DNA from: Actinomycetes bacterium | GTDB lineage: Bacteria > Actinomycetota > Actinomycetes > S36-B12 | Length of the DNA stretch: 55,478 nucleotides | Reading direction: 5' to 3' | Assembly: GCA_037137855.1 (NCBI GenBank) | Contig: JBAXJN010000002.1 | Span: 1-55,478 of the forward strand | Part shown: one piece after another, positions 1 through 9,739 of the stretch | Numbering within the stretch: position 1 is the first letter of the stretch | Layout of the letters: each line of letters begins with the position of its first letter | Translations under genes and position numbers: made by a program | The notes under the pieces: generated by a model | What the model saw: the letters and a program-made list of their open reading frames with translations, nothing else | Databases searched by the model: none | What the model was told of the DNA's origin: nothing

Positions 1-194
1 ACGATGCGAGGCAGCGCGACCGAGACGATCGTTTGATCAAGCGCCGCCAAGAACATGGTCAGCATTAAGGCGATCATGATCCAGCGAAGACGAGCACCAG
101 TGATGCGATCTTCTGCCGGTGCGCCACCTGCGATGAGTGCGGCCTCAGGATCTGGAGCTAACCCTGGATTTTGATCTTGTTCGGTCTGGCTCAT
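1..194 (-). CDS. MFS transporter, N-terminal fragment (DHA2/EmrB-QacA-like exporter); continues beyond the left edge
   Basis: Open-ended, so absent from the ORF track. The reverse-strand ATG at 194-192 gives MSQTEQDQNPGLAPDPEAALIAGGAPAEDRITGARLRWIMIALMLTMFLAALDQTIVSVALPRI. The LDQTIV..ALP segment is the usual TM1 signature of 14-TMS MFS exporters. Its ATG overlaps the stop of the upstream MarR gene (ATGA at 191-194). Confidence 0.6.
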   Translation of the reverse strand, partial: MSQTEQDQNPGLAPDPEAALIAGGAPAEDRITGARLRWIMIALMLTMFLAALDQTIVSVALPRI

Positions 195-700
195 GCTTGC
201 TCCGCTTCGTGATCAGCTTCGTTAATTGTGCGATCAAAGTCCGTAACAAATCTGGAAAGCAGCGCGCTGAACAACTGGCGATCGGCTTCAGACCAGCTGT
301 CGGTGACTTTTTCTAGTTGGGTGATGCGCTCATTCATTCGGGTTTGGAGCCGGGCCCGGCCACTGTCGGTGATCTGGATCCATTGCACTCGGCGGTCGTG
401 ATTGTCAGTGGTTTTCGCAACGAATTCGCTGTCGACCAGTGAGTTGATGTGCCGGCTCACGGTTGAAGGATCCAGTTGTAAGAAGTGGGAGAGATCGGCT
501 GAGCGCATGGGGCCTTGGAGGGCCAGTTTGCTCAACATCGCGCTGACTGTGGCTTGTTCATGTTGGCCGGGACCAACGCGCTTAGCAGTCATGAGGAGTT
601 GGATTACTTCAACAGCCACCTGGGTACTGGCGCAATCTCCGGCCGCCTGCGCGAGCAATGCACGAGCTCGCTCGAGCTGAGAGGTAGTTGGTTGCAACAT
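191..700 (-). CDS. MarR family transcriptional regulator
   Basis: 169 aa. The winged-HTH core (SADLSHFLQLDPSTVSRHINSLVDSEFVAKTTDNHDRRVQWIQITDSGRARL) is typical of MarR. The gene is translationally coupled to the downstream MFS gene. Confidence 0.85.
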   Translation of the reverse strand: MLQPTTSQLERARALLAQAAGDCASTQVAVEVIQLLMTAKRVGPGQHEQATVSAMLSKLALQGPMRSADLSHFLQLDPSTVSRHINSLVDSEFVAKTTDNHDRRVQWIQITDSGRARLQTRMNERITQLEKVTDSWSEADRQLFSALLSRFVTDFDRTINEADHEAEQA

Positions 701-759
701 GCAACTATCTTAGTGGACGTGCATGTCATGGGTGAACACTGGGAGCCAGACGGACAACG

Positions 760-833
760 TGGAGCGGGTGACCGGGATCGAACCGGCATGACCAGCTTGG
801 AAGGCTGGGGCTCTACCATTGAGCTACACCCGC
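760..833 (-). tRNA. tRNA-Gly (anticodon UCC)
   Basis: The reverse complement folds as gcgggtg-ta-gctc-aatggta-gagc-c-ccagc-cttccaa-gctgg-tcat-gccgg-ttcgatc-ccggt-cacccgc-t-cca. This is a complete cloverleaf with a TTCGATC T-loop and an encoded CCA. Confidence 0.9.
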
Positions 834-968
834 AGTGTTGGGTAGACCAACGCAGCAGAGTGTAACGGTGTGAGGTCTCGAGTCGAGCATTCGTCCGATT
901 TAGCACCAAATTGATACCGAGTTAGGGGATCAAACGCACGTCCTCTATGCTCAGATCTCCGCAATTAG

Positions 969-1044
969 CGGGGTGTAGCGTAGTGGCTAGCGCGTCTGCT
1001 TTGGGAGCAGAAGATCGCAGGTTCGACTCCTGTCACCCCGACCA
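969..1044 (+). tRNA. tRNA-Pro (anticodon UGG)
   Basis: The acceptor stem cggggtg pairs with caccccg. The anticodon arm is tctgc-tttggga-gcaga and the T arm is gcagg-ttcgact-cctgt. The discriminator is a, followed by an encoded cca. Confidence 0.9.
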
Positions 1045-1101
1045 AAAACCCTGTTCGGTCAGCATGGGGTTTGGTCGTCCAACAACCAGGAGTGAACCGC
1101 T

Positions 1102-2397
1102 GTGAAGAGCACTGTCGAGACCCTGTCGCCTACCCGGATCAAGCTTGTCATCGAAGTTCCTTTCGATGAACTCAAGGAATCCTTTGACGAGGCATACGCC
1201 ACAATCGGCAAGCAGGTCGTCGTTCCTGGCTTCCGCAAGGGCAAGGTTCCAGCTCGCGTCATCGAACAGCGCTTCGGCCGGGGAGCAGTTCTTGACGAGG
1301 CTGTCAATAACGCTGTGCCCAAGGCATACGACGAAGCACTTCGCGAGAACAGCATCGTTCCCGTTGCTCGCCCGGATATCGAAGTAACCGACATCAAAGA
1401 CGGCGAACTGCTGTCTTTCACGGCTGAGGTAGACGTTCGCCCAGAGTTTGAACTACCTGCCTATGACACGGTGAAGGTTGAAGTTGCTAACGCCACACCA
1501 ACTGACGAAGACATCGAAACCCAGCTCACCTCACTTCGCACTCGCTTTGCAACATTGAAAGATGTGGATCGCGCAGCAATTGATGGCGACGTACTTCTCG
1601 TTGATCTCGCTGGCGAAACTCCCGAAGGCGACTCAGTTGACGACCTCGTTGGCAATGCGTTGTCATACGAACTCGGAACTGAAGGCATGCTGCCTGGTTT
1701 TGACGAGGCGGTTCGCGGCGCTGTGAAAAATGGCGAAGTGACCTTCTCATTCACCCCACAAAACGGTGATTGGACTGGCGTTGACCTTGTTGTGCACGTC
1801 AAAGTGCAGTCCGTGCGCGAACGCGAGCTCCCTGAACTCAATGATGACTTTGCTCAGTTAGCGTCCGAATTCGATACGGTCGCCGAATTGCGCGCGGACG
1901 TCCAAGAGCGCCTTGTTCGCATGAAGAAGCTGCAGCAGGCCGACGAAGCTCGCGAGAAGACCCATGAAGCCCTCTTGGCACTCATTGATATTCCACTGCC
2001 AGAAGGGGTCATCAAGGCTGAAGTGGAAGATCACTTCTCCGACGGTCACGCCGGCGAAGAATCTCATCGCGCCGAAGTTGAAGAGCAGGCTCGCACCGGC
2101 CTAAAGAGCCAGTTCATTCTCGACAAGATCGCCGAAATCGAAGAGATCTCAGTCGGCGAAACTGAACTATCCGCTTGGCTGGTGCAAAACGCGCCTCGCT
2201 ACGGCATGGCTCCGGATCAGTTCGCTCAGGCCTTGATGTCCGCCAACCAGGTTCCGATGGCAATTCAAGACATTCGTCGTGGCAAGGCGCTGGCTGCAGC
2301 GATGAAGCAGGTTTCAATTGTCGATGCTGATGGCAACGTGGTTGATCTTGCGATCTTGGAAACTGATCTCAACCCGAGCGTCACTGAATCCGAGTAA
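1102..2397 (+). CDS. tig: Trigger factor (ribosome-associated chaperone/PPIase)
   Basis: 431 aa with a GTG start. The N-terminus KSTVETLSPTRIKLVIEVPFDELKESFDEAYATIGKQVVVPGFRKGKVPARVIEQRFG is the classic trigger-factor ribosome-binding region (GFRxGKxP). It lies in the conserved tig-clpP-clpX context. Confidence 0.95.
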   Translation: MKSTVETLSPTRIKLVIEVPFDELKESFDEAYATIGKQVVVPGFRKGKVPARVIEQRFGRGAVLDEAVNNAVPKAYDEALRENSIVPVARPDIEVTDIKDGELLSFTAEVDVRPEFELPAYDTVKVEVANATPTDEDIETQLTSLRTRFATLKDVDRAAIDGDVLLVDLAGETPEGDSVDDLVGNALSYELGTEGMLPGFDEAVRGAVKNGEVTFSFTPQNGDWTGVDLVVHVKVQSVRERELPELNDDFAQLASEFDTVAELRADVQERLVRMKKLQQADEAREKTHEALLALIDIPLPEGVIKAEVEDHFSDGHAGEESHRAEVEEQARTGLKSQFILDKIAEIEEISVGETELSAWLVQNAPRYGMAPDQFAQALMSANQVPMAIQDIRRGKALAAAMKQVSIVDADGNVVDLAILETDLNPSVTESE

Positions 2398-2414
2398 TAC
2401 TCACCTCCTAACTC

Positions 2415-2455
2415 AAAACGGGTACTGCCTCCGGGTGGTGCCCGTTTTTATTTCA
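2415..2455 (+). terminator. Rho-independent terminator after tig
   Basis: The stem aaaacgggtac/gtgcccgtttt (one G-U pair) encloses a loop of about 12 nt and is followed by tttttatttcattt. Confidence 0.7.
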
Positions 2456-2458
2456 TTT

Positions 2459-2472
2459 GGCTAGGGGCGAAC
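2459..2472. promoter_or_regulatory. Possible ClgR-type operator upstream of clpP1
   Basis: ggc-taggg-gcgaac (reverse complement GTTCGC-N5-GCC) is one mismatch from my recollection of the actinobacterial ClgR box GTTCGC-N5-GCG. It lies about 75 nt upstream of the clpP1 start. This is a weak single-site match. Confidence 0.25.
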
Positions 2473-2544
2473 ACGACCCCATCTGGGGAAGTTCTGACCC
2501 CCTGCGCAGGTTAGGGTCAGGACAGTTCTCTTTTGGAGGTTCGC

Positions 2545-3189
2545 GTGAGCAACAGTTTTTCTGTACCGACCGGTCCATTTATGGCAGGTGGCGGCATGTC
2601 TGGCTTCGGCGACATGCTCGACGAGCGTCTCCTTCGCGAGCGAATCGTCTGGCTTGAGGGTGAAGTGCGGGATGAAAATTCCAACCGCATTGCTAAGCAG
2701 TTGCAGGTGCTTGCTGCTGAAGATCCAGAAAAGGACATCACGCTCTACATCAACTCTCCCGGCGGCTCTGTCACTGCGGGCATGGTTATTTACGACACCA
2801 TGCAGTTGATCCCGAACGACGTAGCAACGATCTCGATGGGACTAGCCGCCTCAATGGGGCAATTCCTGTTGTGTGCTGGAGCCAAGGGCAAGCGTTACGC
2901 CACTCCAAACACCCGCATCATGATGCATCAGCCGCTCGGCGGCATCGGCGGAACTGCGTCTGACATCAAAATCCAAGCAGAACAGATGTTGTTACTGAAG
3001 AAGCGTCTTGCTCAATTGATCGCTGACCACAGCGGCCAGTCACTTGAAACGATCCAGACTGATTCAGATCGCGATCGATGGTTCATGCCAGACGAAGCAA
3101 AGGCTTACGGTCTTATTGATCACGTGTACACCTCCGCAGCGGATGCTCCGGCTACCGTGAAAAAGAGTGCCAAGGGAGAAGCAAAGTGA
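2545..3189 (+). CDS. clpP1: ATP-dependent Clp protease proteolytic subunit 1
   Basis: The track ORF starts at TTG 2533. I prefer GTG 2545 because GGAGG at 2535-2539 is correctly spaced for it. ClpP motifs are present: YINSPGGSV, the catalytic Ser in GLAASMG, His in MMHQP and Asp in DRDRWF. Confidence 0.9.
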   Translation: MSNSFSVPTGPFMAGGGMSGFGDMLDERLLRERIVWLEGEVRDENSNRIAKQLQVLAAEDPEKDITLYINSPGGSVTAGMVIYDTMQLIPNDVATISMGLAASMGQFLLCAGAKGKRYATPNTRIMMHQPLGGIGGTASDIKIQAEQMLLLKKRLAQLIADHSGQSLETIQTDSDRDRWFMPDEAKAYGLIDHVYTSAADAPATVKKSAKGEAK

Positions 3190-3797
3190 ACTATCTCAAT
3201 CCCCAAAGCCGCTACATCTTGCCTGAATTTCGCGAGAAGCATGCCAACGGTGAACGCACTCACAACCCTTACACAAAGCTCTTTGAAGAGCGCATCATTT
3301 TCTTGGGTGTTCAGATCGATGATGCTTCAGCAGATGATGTTATGGCTCAGTTGCTCTGTCTTGAGTCGATGGACCCTGATCGTGACATTCAGATCTACAT
3401 CAATTCGCCAGGTGGTTCGTACACAGCAATGACGGCGATTTACGACACCATGCAATTTGTGAAGCCACAGATTCAGACCGTCTGTCTTGGTCAAGCTGCT
3501 TCAGCTGCTTCTGTCATTCTTGCTGCTGGTACGCCAGGCAAGCGCTTTGCACTTCCACATGCTCGAATCTTGATTCACCAGCCGTACACCGAGGGTGGTG
3601 GGCAAGGATCTGATATTGAGATTCAGGCCAATGAGATTCTGCGGATGCGTGAAGAAATGATCGGTCTCTTTGCTCATCACACTGGCAAGGATCACGAGCA
3701 GATCGGCAACGACATCGAGCGCGACAAGATTCTTACCGCTGCTGGTGCCAAGGAATACGGCATCATCGATCAAGTGATTGCGTCACGCAAGGCATAA
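3186..3797 (+). CDS. clpP2: ATP-dependent Clp protease proteolytic subunit 2
   Basis: 203 aa. Its GTG overlaps the clpP1 stop (GTGA). ClpP motifs are present: [22 protein letters not shown] and ERDKIL. A paired clpP1/clpP2 arrangement is typical of actinobacteria. Confidence 0.9.
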   Translation: MNYLNPQSRYILPEFREKHANGERTHNPYTKLFEERIIFLGVQIDDASADDVMAQLLCLESMDPDRDIQIYINSPGGSYTAMTAIYDTMQFVKPQIQTVCLGQAASAASVILAAGTPGKRFALPHARILIHQPYTEGGGQGSDIEIQANEILRMREEMIGLFAHHTGKDHEQIGNDIERDKILTAAGAKEYGIIDQVIASRKA

Positions 3798-3828
3798 ATC
3801 ACCTCATCCTGCTCTCGAGCGGCGGCGC

Positions 3829-3861
3829 GCCGAGGCCTATTTCTGCATGAAGGGCCTCGGC
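3829..3861 (+). other. GC-rich hairpin between clpP2 and clpX (possible attenuator or processing site; no U-tract)
   Basis: A perfect 9-bp stem, gccgaggcc ... ggcctcggc, encloses a 15-nt loop. The following sequence aaggtaacg is not T-rich, so this is not a classical terminator. Confidence 0.4.
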
Positions 3862-3909
3862 AAGGTAACGTCAGTGTCGTCAGTTTGATTTATCCAGGAA
3901 GGCATAGAC

Positions 3910-5184
3910 GTGGCACGCATTGGTGAGAGCGGAGATCTGCTCAAATGTTCTTTCTGTGGAAAGAGCCAGAAGCAGGTCAAGAAGCTCATTGCGGGTCCAG
4001 GCGTCTACATCTGCGACGAATGCATTGACCTATGTAACGAGATCATTGAAGAAGAGTTTAGCGACGCCGTTGAACTGGGTCTGGGTGAACTTCCTAAGCC
4101 GCGCGAAATTTTCGAATTCCTTAACCAATACGTCATCGGTCAAGATTCCGCGAAAAAGTCGTTAGCTGTAGCGGTCTATAACCACTACAAGCGGGTGCAA
4201 GCCGGTGACTCTGGCAAAGAAGATGCCATTGAGCTCGCGAAATCCAACATCTTGTTGCTTGGGCCTACCGGCTCTGGCAAAACATTGCTGGCGCAAACGT
4301 TAGCCAGAATGCTCAACGTGCCTTTTGCGATCGCAGATGCAACCGCACTCACCGAAGCTGGATATGTGGGTGAAGATGTTGAGAACATCCTGCTCAAACT
4401 CATCCAGGCCGCAGACTACGACGTCAAAAAGGCTGAAACTGGCATCATCTACATCGATGAAATCGACAAGGTTGCTCGCAAAAGCGAAAACCCGTCGATC
4501 ACGCGCGATGTGTCCGGTGAAGGTGTTCAGCAAGCCTTGTTGAAGATCCTTGAAGGGACCACTGCATCGGTTCCACCGCAGGGTGGCCGCAAGCACCCAC
4601 ATCAAGAATTCATTCAGATTGACACCACGAATGTGCTGTTCATCGTCGGTGGAGCATTCGCGGGTCTTGATCAAATAATTGAGCAGCGCCTCGGCAAGAA
4701 AAAGCTGGGTTTCACATTCGATAGCCTTGGCGAAGCGCGTTCAACGATTGATGCCAATTCACTCGATGTTTTCAGCCATGTCATGCCAGAGGATTTGCTG
4801 AAGTTCGGCATGATCCCTGAGTTCATCGGTCGCTTGCCAGTGTTCACTGCAGTGAACAAACTAGATCGATCTGCTTTGGTTGCTGTACTCAGCGAGCCAA
4901 AGAACGCGCTAGTTAAGCAGTACATGAAACTCTTTGAACTCGACGATGTTGAGTTGGAATTTACTCCGAAAGCGCTCGACGAGATCGCAGACCAAGCTCT
5001 GGTTCGTGGCACGGGTGCCCGCGGGCTTCGCGCCATTCTTGAAGAAGTATTGCTTCATGTTATGTATGACGTGCCAAGCCGCACTGATATAGCCAGAGTG
5101 ATCATCACGGATGAAGTGGTGCGAAATAACACGCTCCCGACCTTGGTTCCGCGCGAAGAAGAGCGCCAAAACAAGTCTGCATAA
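3910..5184 (+). CDS. clpX: ATP-dependent Clp protease ATP-binding subunit ClpX
   Basis: 424 aa. It has the N-terminal zinc finger [30 protein letters not shown], Walker A GPTGSGKT, Walker B IIYIDEID and the GYVGEDVE pore loop. Confidence 0.97.
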   Translation: MARIGESGDLLKCSFCGKSQKQVKKLIAGPGVYICDECIDLCNEIIEEEFSDAVELGLGELPKPREIFEFLNQYVIGQDSAKKSLAVAVYNHYKRVQAGDSGKEDAIELAKSNILLLGPTGSGKTLLAQTLARMLNVPFAIADATALTEAGYVGEDVENILLKLIQAADYDVKKAETGIIYIDEIDKVARKSENPSITRDVSGEGVQQALLKILEGTTASVPPQGGRKHPHQEFIQIDTTNVLFIVGGAFAGLDQIIEQRLGKKKLGFTFDSLGEARSTIDANSLDVFSHVMPEDLLKFGMIPEFIGRLPVFTAVNKLDRSALVAVLSEPKNALVKQYMKLFELDDVELEFTPKALDEIADQALVRGTGARGLRAILEEVLLHVMYDVPSRTDIARVIITDEVVRNNTLPTLVPREEERQNKSA

Positions 5185-5383
5185 CTGATTGATCTCGCAC
5201 CGATCGACTGCTTTCCGATACTTTCTGAATTTTAGGCTCACCTATTTGACACGACTTGCTATGTTTTATCCACTGCTGACATAGCGAAAACGCAACGAAT
5301 GCGATAACCTCGGTTATGCCGCCTTGTTTGTGAAGTTCTGGGATCGCTGGGGGGCATCCCAGGGTCTCGCGATCGGGGCGGTT

Positions 5384-7945
5384 TTATTCTGCAGTAGCTG
5401 CAAGCACTACAGAAACTTCGATGTTTGCGCCAGGTGCGAACGTGAGGGATTGAATCGAACCTGCCGATGAGAGATCCTTCGCGGCCAACTGCAGTCGCTT
5501 GTTCTGATCCTCGCTGGCGCTAATGACTGCTGACTCTATAACGGCACGCATGCTCACCTTTGCGTCAGATTTTGACTTGCGAATCTGCGACAAGGCTTCT
5601 GAGACATCCGCAACCATTGCAGCATCCCCATTGCCGGCAAGAGCAAAGATGGCCTCTGAGCTTGGCCATTCGCTGCGATGAATCGTGCCTTCTTGCCACC
5701 AGCTCCAGACCTCTTCGGTCACGAATGGCAGGAATGGTGCGAAGAGTTTCAAAAGTGCATCCAAGGTGGTTGCAAGAGCAGCCTTCGCAGAATCAGCACC
5801 AGCTACATCAGTGTCGCTGTAAGCACGCACCTTCACGAGTTCGACATAGTCATCGGTAAAATTCCAGAAGAAACTCTCAGCAACTTCCAACGCGCGGGCG
5901 TAGTTGAAGTCTTCAAAAGCATTCGTTGCTTGTTCAACAGTTTTGGCAAGTTGAGCAAGCAGTGCCTTATCGACATCTTCACTGATCGCAGCGTCATTTT
6001 GCGTTGCATCCAGACCGAGAACGAACTTGCTCGCATTCAGTAACTTGATTGCCAAACGGCGACCAATCTTCATTTGGCCGACATCGAAAGCAGTGTCGGT
6101 GCCAGGGCGACCTGATGCGGCCCAATAGCGAACCGCATCGGCGCTGTATTCATCGAGGAGGCCCATGGGGGTCACAACATTGCCTTTAGATTTACTCATC
6201 TTCTTGCGATCTGGATCCAAAATCCAGCCAGAGATTGCAGCGTTGAGAAAAGGCAGCCGGTTATCTTCTAAGTGACTGCGCACCACAGTGCTAAAAAGCC
6301 AAGTGCGAATGATTTCGTGAGCTTGAGGGCGCACGTCAACGGGTGATACACGAGCCCAAAGATCTGGATCTCGTTCCCAGCCGCCAGCAATCTGCGGGGT
6401 AAGAGACGAGGTGGCCCAGGTGTCCATTACGTCAGGATCGGCCATGAAACCACCGGGTTGATTGCGAGACTGCGGGTCAAAGCCCGCAGGGGTATCCGTG
6501 CTCGGATCAATCGGAAGGTCTGTTTCTTCGGGCATCATGATCTCGGAATAGATCGGATTTCCCTCTGAATCTAAGCGATACCAAAGCGGGATTGGCACAC
6601 CGAAGAAGCGTTGGCGAGAAATCAGCCAATCGCCGTTCAGCCCTTCAACCCAATTTTCGTAGCGAACTTTCATGTGTGCTGGATGCCATTTGATTTCACT
6701 TCCGCGCTTGACGAGTTCTGCACGAAGCTCTGGGTCGCGCCCACCATTGCTGATGTACCACTGTCGAGTCGTAACAATTTCAAGTGGCTTGTCGCCCTTT
6801 TCGAAGAACTTCACCTGATGCATAATTTCGCGCGGCTCACCAACAATGTCACCGCTTTGGTTCAGTAGCGCTACGACGCGTTCTTTCGCAGTGTGACTCG
6901 TGGCTCCGGCAATATGCTCGTAATGTGCCTTGGCTTCGGAGGTGGTAATCCACTCTGGAGTGTCAGGAAGGATACGTCCATCCCAGCCGATGATTGGGCG
7001 CGTAGGCAGTTGTAGTTCGCGCCACCAGATGACGTCGGTGAGATCACCGAACGTACAAATCATTGCGATGCCTGATCCCTTTTCCGGGTCAGCGAGTTGA
7101 TGCGCCACAACTGGAACTTCCACTCCGAAGACCGGAGACGTGACAGTCGTGCCGAAAAGTGGTTGGTAGCGCTCGTCATCTGGATGTGCGACCAAGGCGA
7201 CACATGCTGCTAGGAGTTCTGGGCGAGTGGTTTCAATAAAGACTTTGGTGCTCGGATCGACAGTAGTCGGAAATCCAATTCGGTGATAAGCGCCCGGGCG
7301 TTCGCGGTCTTCAAGTTCTGCTTGGGCGACCGCGGTGCGAAATGTGACATCCCACAGTGTCGGCGCTTCGGCTTGGTATGCCTCGCCACGCTTGAGGTTG
7401 CGAAGAAAAGCCAGTTGGCTGACCATTTGTGAATTCGCACCAATAGTTTGATACGTCTGCGACCAGTCAATGGATAAACCAAGACGGCGCCACAACTGTT
7501 CGAAGACAACCTCATCTTCAACAGTAAGTTGTTCACACAGTTCGATGAAATTGCGACGGCTGATAGCAACTTGCTGTTTTGTATCTGGCGTTGCTGGTGG
7601 CGAAAAGTCTGGGTCATACGGCAGGCTCGGATCACAACGAACGCCATAAAAGTTTTGTACGCGGCGCTCAGTGGGCAAGCCATTGTCATCCCAACCCATG
7701 GGGTAGAAGACTTCGTAGCCGCGCATCCGCTTATAACGAGCCATGCAGTCGGTGTGGGTGTACGAAAAAACGTGTCCGACATGCAGTGAGCCACTGACCG
7801 TTGGTGGCGGCGTATCGATGGAAAACACTTGGTCGCGCGTCTTCGTGCGATCAAAGGTGTAACTGCCTTGTTGGTCCCAGGCAGCAGCCCAACGATCTTC
7901 AAGTCCGTCAAGGGTGGGCTTTTCAGGTACGCGGGTGCCGGTCAT
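5384..7945 (-). CDS. valS: Valine--tRNA ligase
   Basis: It carries the class I HIGH motif (PPPTVSGSLHVGHVFSYTHTD) and KMSKS (KMSKSKGN). The track ORF begins at TTG 7954. ATG 7945 (MTGTRVPEKPTLDGLEDRW) is the more likely start. Confidence 0.95.
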   Translation of the reverse strand: MTGTRVPEKPTLDGLEDRWAAAWDQQGSYTFDRTKTRDQVFSIDTPPPTVSGSLHVGHVFSYTHTDCMARYKRMRGYEVFYPMGWDDNGLPTERRVQNFYGVRCDPSLPYDPDFSPPATPDTKQQVAISRRNFIELCEQLTVEDEVVFEQLWRRLGLSIDWSQTYQTIGANSQMVSQLAFLRNLKRGEAYQAEAPTLWDVTFRTAVAQAELEDRERPGAYHRIGFPTTVDPSTKVFIETTRPELLAACVALVAHPDDERYQPLFGTTVTSPVFGVEVPVVAHQLADPEKGSGIAMICTFGDLTDVIWWRELQLPTRPIIGWDGRILPDTPEWITTSEAKAHYEHIAGATSHTAKERVVALLNQSGDIVGEPREIMHQVKFFEKGDKPLEIVTTRQWYISNGGRDPELRAELVKRGSEIKWHPAHMKVRYENWVEGLNGDWLISRQRFFGVPIPLWYRLDSEGNPIYSEIMMPEETDLPIDPSTDTPAGFDPQSRNQPGGFMADPDVMDTWATSSLTPQIAGGWERDPDLWARVSPVDVRPQAHEIIRTWLFSTVVRSHLEDNRLPFLNAAISGWILDPDRKKMSKSKGNVVTPMGLLDEYSADAVRYWAASGRPGTDTAFDVGQMKIGRRLAIKLLNASKFVLGLDATQNDAAISEDVDKALLAQLAKTVEQATNAFEDFNYARALEVAESFFWNFTDDYVELVKVRAYSDTDVAGADSAKAALATTLDALLKLFAPFLPFVTEEVWSWWQEGTIHRSEWPSSEAIFALAGNGDAAMVADVSEALSQIRKSKSDAKVSMRAVIESAVISASEDQNKRLQLAAKDLSSAGSIQSLTFAPGANIEVSVVLAATAE

Positions 7946-7992
7946 GGTGGGCAATCTTATTGTTTGCCTTGCATTGCCTAGACTGGTGCTTA

Positions 7993-9366
7993 GTGAGCCG
8001 TTCCCAAGAAACAGAGTCCGCCGCCCTCAACGAGGTATGGCAAAACCTGCTTGCGCGGTGGCCAGAAAGCCAATTAGAGCCATCGCTCTCACGAATTGCC
8101 TCCCTGACCACACTTTTAGGGGATCCGCAGAGCGCCTATCCAGTGATTCATGTGACGGGCACCAATGGCAAGACCTCGACCGCACGAATGATTGAAATCA
8201 TGCTGAGGTCCTATGGCCTGCGAACTGGGCTTTTCACCTCTCCGCACCTCATTGACCCACGGGAGCGAATCTGTCTAGACGGCGAGCCGGTCGATGCTGA
8301 GCGTTTTTTGCATGTCTGGAATGACGTGGCGCCTTATGTCGACTTGGTGGATGCGAACTCAGTGGCCGATGGTGGACCAAAATTGTCGTTCTTTGAAGTG
8401 ATGACAGCCCTAGCCTTTGCCACGTTCGCTGATGCTCCAGTGGACGTCGCGATCATTGAAGTGGGCATGGGTGGATCATGGGATGCCACGAACGTGGCCC
8501 ACGGTCAGGTTGCAGTCATCACCCCAATCTCACTTGACCATCAAAATTACCTTGGCGACACTGTCGAGCAGATTGCCGCTGAAAAAGCTGGAATTATCAA
8601 GCCGGATTCTTATGTTGTTATCGCAGCTCAAGATGAAGCCGTTTCAGAAGTTTTATCTGAACGAATAACTGAAGTTCGCGCAATCGCATTTCGCGAAGGT
8701 ACTGACTTTGGACTCATGGATCGTCAAATTGCAGTCGGCGGCCAGATGCTAAGTCTCCTTGGTATCGGTGGTCGCATTGATGAAGTCTTTGTACCGCTTT
8801 TTGGCGAGCATCAAGCACACAATGCGTCTGCAGCACTTTGTGCAGTTGAAGCATTCATGGGAGCCGGTAAACCGCCAGTTGATGACGATGTTATTCGGGC
8901 AGGGCTCGACCAACTCACGTCCCCTGGACGATTAGAGATTGTTCGACGAACACCAACTGTTGTGCTGGATGCCGCACACAATCCAGGAGGTGCCGTCGCT
9001 CTTGCTGCCGCTCTTGAGGATTCATTTGAATTCGCAACTCTGATCGGTGTGATCGGAATTCTTGAAGACAAAGATGCCTTGAACTTCTTGATTCCACTTG
9101 AGCCAATTCTTTCCACCGTGATTCTTACTGAACCCTCTTCACCGCGCGCAATGTCTTCTGAAGCCCTAGCCGAAATTGCACATGAAGTATTTGGCGAAGA
9201 TCGAGTGATCATCGCCAAGAATCTGTCTGAAGCCATTGATCAGGCCGTCACCCTGGCTGAAGTTGACGCGGTCTACGGGGGCGGGGGAGTGCTCGTAACT
9301 GGATCGATCGTGCTTGTTGGCGAAGCCAAGGAAATGATGCAAAAGGGAAGGAAACACCTCCAGTGA
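7993..9366 (+). CDS. folC: Bifunctional folylpolyglutamate synthase / dihydrofolate synthase
   Basis: It has the Mur-ligase P-loop VIHVTGTNGKTST and a FolC-like body. The track ORF (7801) overlaps valS by about 150 nt on the other strand, so the first in-frame start clear of valS is used. That is GTG 7993, with TTG 7969 as an alternative. Confidence 0.88.
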   Translation: MSRSQETESAALNEVWQNLLARWPESQLEPSLSRIASLTTLLGDPQSAYPVIHVTGTNGKTSTARMIEIMLRSYGLRTGLFTSPHLIDPRERICLDGEPVDAERFLHVWNDVAPYVDLVDANSVADGGPKLSFFEVMTALAFATFADAPVDVAIIEVGMGGSWDATNVAHGQVAVITPISLDHQNYLGDTVEQIAAEKAGIIKPDSYVVIAAQDEAVSEVLSERITEVRAIAFREGTDFGLMDRQIAVGGQMLSLLGIGGRIDEVFVPLFGEHQAHNASAALCAVEAFMGAGKPPVDDDVIRAGLDQLTSPGRLEIVRRTPTVVLDAAHNPGGAVALAAALEDSFEFATLIGVIGILEDKDALNFLIPLEPILSTVILTEPSSPRAMSSEALAEIAHEVFGEDRVIIAKNLSEAIDQAVTLAEVDAVYGGGGVLVTGSIVLVGEAKEMMQKGRKHLQ

Positions 9367-9710
9367 AGATTCTGTGTTCTGCCGTTTTGAGCATGGAAGC
9401 GATCGTGGTGTTCCTGGGCGTTCTCGTTGCAGGGACCAATGGCGACCACGAAAACAAAACCTTGATCTTCATCCTTGGGTTTGTATTAATGGTTGTGTTG
9501 TTCTTAGCCGTTGGCACATTGCGCCGACCATGGGGCTTAACCGCAGGCTGGATATTGCAGATTCCAGTCCTAGCGATTGGTGTGCTCGTACCGGTCATGT
9601 TCATTGTCGGTGGGCTTTTTCTCGTGCTTTGGTACGCGGCCATTCACCAAGGCACCAAGGTCGATGTCTTGAAGGCCGAGCGAGCACGCCAGATTCCACC
9701 GGTAGGATAG
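9363..9710 (+). CDS. DUF4233-like small integral membrane protein
   Basis: 115 aa with three or four hydrophobic helices. Its GTG overlaps the folC stop (GTGA). A small membrane protein between folC and ndk is the conserved actinobacterial arrangement. Confidence 0.75.
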   Translation: MKILCSAVLSMEAIVVFLGVLVAGTNGDHENKTLIFILGFVLMVVLFLAVGTLRRPWGLTAGWILQIPVLAIGVLVPVMFIVGGLFLVLWYAAIHQGTKVDVLKAERARQIPPVG

Positions 9711-9739
9711 GGCTTCATCAATTTCTTTGAAGGAGCAAC

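Noticed and set aside
402-909. Track ORFs 402..680 (+), 515..865 (+) and 604..909 (-), which overlap the MarR gene and tRNA-Gly
   Set aside because: They are antisense or off-frame to a well-supported MarR ORF and run through a tRNA gene. Their translations are low-complexity (Ser/Arg/Cys-rich) with no recognisable motif.
7801-7992. 5' extension of the folC ORF (track start 7801)
   Set aside because: It overlaps the valS N-terminus on the opposite strand by about 150 nt and encodes an unconserved Trp/Cys-rich peptide. The Mur-ligase body starts well downstream. The same reasoning trims the track starts of proB (35391), holA (49526), gabT (42257), the CoA-transferase (27765), the second SDR (30322), rne (20288) and TetR (27574).
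9374-9730. Alternative same-strand ORF (118 aa) overlapping the DUF4233-like gene
   Set aside because: Its product is Arg/Trp/Cys-rich and non-hydrophobic. The competing frame (9363..9710) encodes a clean polytopic membrane protein, and its GTG is coupled to the folC stop.
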